A stretch of 64,000 bases of DNA from Chiloscyllium plagiosum (Eukaryota): the NCBI RefSeq assembly GCF_004010195.1, contig NC_057724.1, forward strand, positions 25,367,788-25,431,787, given 5' to 3'. A program made the position numbers and the translations under genes. Of this stretch, positions 61,880 to 64,000 are shown in pieces. Within the stretch, counting starts at the first letter, position 1; each line of letters starts with the position of its first letter. Under the pieces are notes generated by a model. It was not told where the DNA came from and did no database searches. It saw only the letters and a list, made by a program, of their open reading frames with translations.

Positions 61880-62095
61880 TTTTGCAGCAGCTTGTGAATC
61901 TGCAGAATTCTTTACCACAGAGCACTGGCAAGGCTGGGTCATTAAGAAAACTCAAGGCTGAGATAGCTTTTAATCAGTAGGGGTTATGGGCAGGAAAGTG
62001 GAGTTGAGATTTATCAGGTCAGCCATAAACTTATTGAATTATGAACCTGACTCAATGGGCTAAATTATCTTTTTTCTGCTCTTTGGGCTTACAGT
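61880..62095 (+). mobile_element. Old CR1 3' end
   Basis: GTGAATCTGCAGAATTCTTTACCACAGAG followed by CR1 3' UTR. Confidence 0.7.
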
Positions 62096-63947
62096 CTAAC
62101 TTCACAAAGATTTAACGATAATCCATCCTTCTCTGTTTCAAAATTTCAAGCTAATTGAAACTCTACTCTGGTGGATGGACTCTTGACACAAGCTGCTGGA
62201 TTTTGCAATTCAAGAAAACAATTACCTCTATACAGGTAATTAACAATTAGTAAGGTATTTTCTAGTAGTTTCTAGTAGAGAAGCAACAGGTTGGATATAC
62301 ACAGAAAAAAAAACAGCATGCATATTGTGTTGTTGGAGGCTGCAGCTTTATCTTCAGCTGAAAGGCTCCTTTGGTGGTCTTCCTCCTCACATGGCCCATC
62401 TTCTACTTGAGGAGGCAGCTACTTGACCTAATAAGAACTGCCTCATGTTTCTGACAATTTGTTGATAAACCTTATTTCTAGGGGTCAATAGTTTACACTA
62501 TCTCAATCACTCATTTAACTCCTTCTCAGTAAGGACACAGAACAACTATGCATGATGTCAGAATATCCAATAGCAGTCTCCCAGCTGTATTAGAAATTGA
62601 AGTCATGAATAATGGCAATTATCCTTGTGATTATATCCTTGATGAGCTTTCTCCTGAAAAGGGACAACTGAGTTAGGAAACATCTGGGATAAGTTCGACT
62701 ATGGTGTATTTCACTGTGCCGTGGAAGTGAAAAAAAAAACATAAAATGCCAAGAGAACAGGTTGAAATGTTCAAAGTGGAAATTGTCAGCTTATGATAAG
62801 AGCAGGATGAATGTCGTGATGCATGCTATAAAAATAAGTAAATAAGGCAATTGCTGGAAAGAAACAGTGAATTAGGAGCAGAGACTGCCAAGCGGTGGGG
62901 AGAACTAGGCAAGGGTTTGAGACAGTTAATTTAACAAAAAAGTGTGGAATCCCCTGAAGCAGACCTCACTGCATGCATTACAAAGCTTAAAAAAAGCTCC
63001 AGACATAAATTGTCCACCATCGAGAAATGGTAGCTACAATCTCCACTAATCCAACAATTGACATTGGCATATGCTGGGTGCGTAAATGTAGAATATCTCT
63101 GCTGGGAGAGAGGAGTTGAATGTATGCCCTCCTCAGTCCTACTTCTCCTTTGCAGTGAAGTAAAGCTCATGTGGTCACATGACCCATGGCAAAGACTGAA
63201 GTAGAAGGGACTGACATATGACCTCGCATCATGGTTAATGAAGAAGGCATCTCCTCACAGAGACCCTCTTTTGATAGGGATGTTGCCTGCACTGACACAA
63301 TCTGTCACAGTTGCATACTTCTCTCTTTAATCAACATGTGTATAATATCTAAGCTGAAGCTTCACAAAAAAAATAATAACTGTTCAAACATTCCTTATGA
63401 ATGGTCAGTTATGCTTATTGCATCCGGAATCTCAAAATTTAACACCTCTTTCTCCATGGTACTGTATCAGATTTCTATATCCCAAAACATCCTTGAAGCT
63501 TAATATATGGGTTATCACATCCTTACAGCTATACCTGACAAGAAACTCCCCAATATCAGTGATTAAGGCATCAACAGTAATAATCATGGAAAATTATGGC
63601 TTGTGATGGGCTAAGATATTAGTAAAGGGCAGCATGTCCTTAAATTTCCAAAAGTTCATTTCTTGTGCACATCCCAATACCATGTATATGGCTTCTTTAA
63701 AACGTTTCCCAAGGCCTTAGTAACTAACATACTCAGAAACCATTGCAGATCATCACCAACTTTGGAGTTAGTTTTGGAATATATTTGACCACCTCATGTT
63801 TCTGGGGATCTACTTGTATGTCATACTTGCTGATTATTTGCCCTAAGAAACAAATTGAATCCATAGAAACCTTACATGCATAAATCCTGATGCTTGTAAA
63901 CATTTGGGAATATTGTCCAATCTTATATCACAAAGATTAGATTTTTC

Positions 63948-64000
63948 TTTAGATTAGATTACATTACAGTGTGGAAACAGGCCCTTCGGCCCAACAAGTC
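63948..64000 (-). mobile_element. HE1 SINE tail, continuing past the window
   Basis: (TAGAT)n...CAGTGTGGAAACAGGCCCTTCGGCCCAACAAGTC. Confidence 0.9.

Noticed and set aside
1-64000. CRISPR arrays, rRNA genes or prokaryote-type systems
   Set aside because: No regularly spaced repeat-spacer array or rRNA similarity was seen; the sequence is vertebrate repeat-rich DNA

Overview
Repeat-dense, apparently gene-free (intergenic or intronic) DNA from a shark genome. HE1 SINEs and CR1/HER1 LINEs point to an elasmobranch; the exact species cannot be read from the sequence. No intact host protein-coding gene, RNA gene or CRISPR array is supported. The window holds many HE1 SINEs, CR1, L2 and RTE LINE fragments, a Gypsy pol scrap and decayed PIF/Harbinger DNA transposons (a transposase pseudogene, a two-exon Myb/SANT partner gene and five related element ends). 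It also holds several families of Penelope-like element (PLE) remnants carrying minimal hammerhead-ribozyme motifs. Four of these PLE insertions are fold-back structures with 13-16 bp target-site duplications. Two local inverted duplications (19.9-21.4 kb and 42.2-46.0 kb), a twin-priming-type CR1 inversion and a 205-bp tandem duplication are also visible. There are two assembly gaps. All calls were made by eye; boundaries of old repeats and identity figures are approximate.
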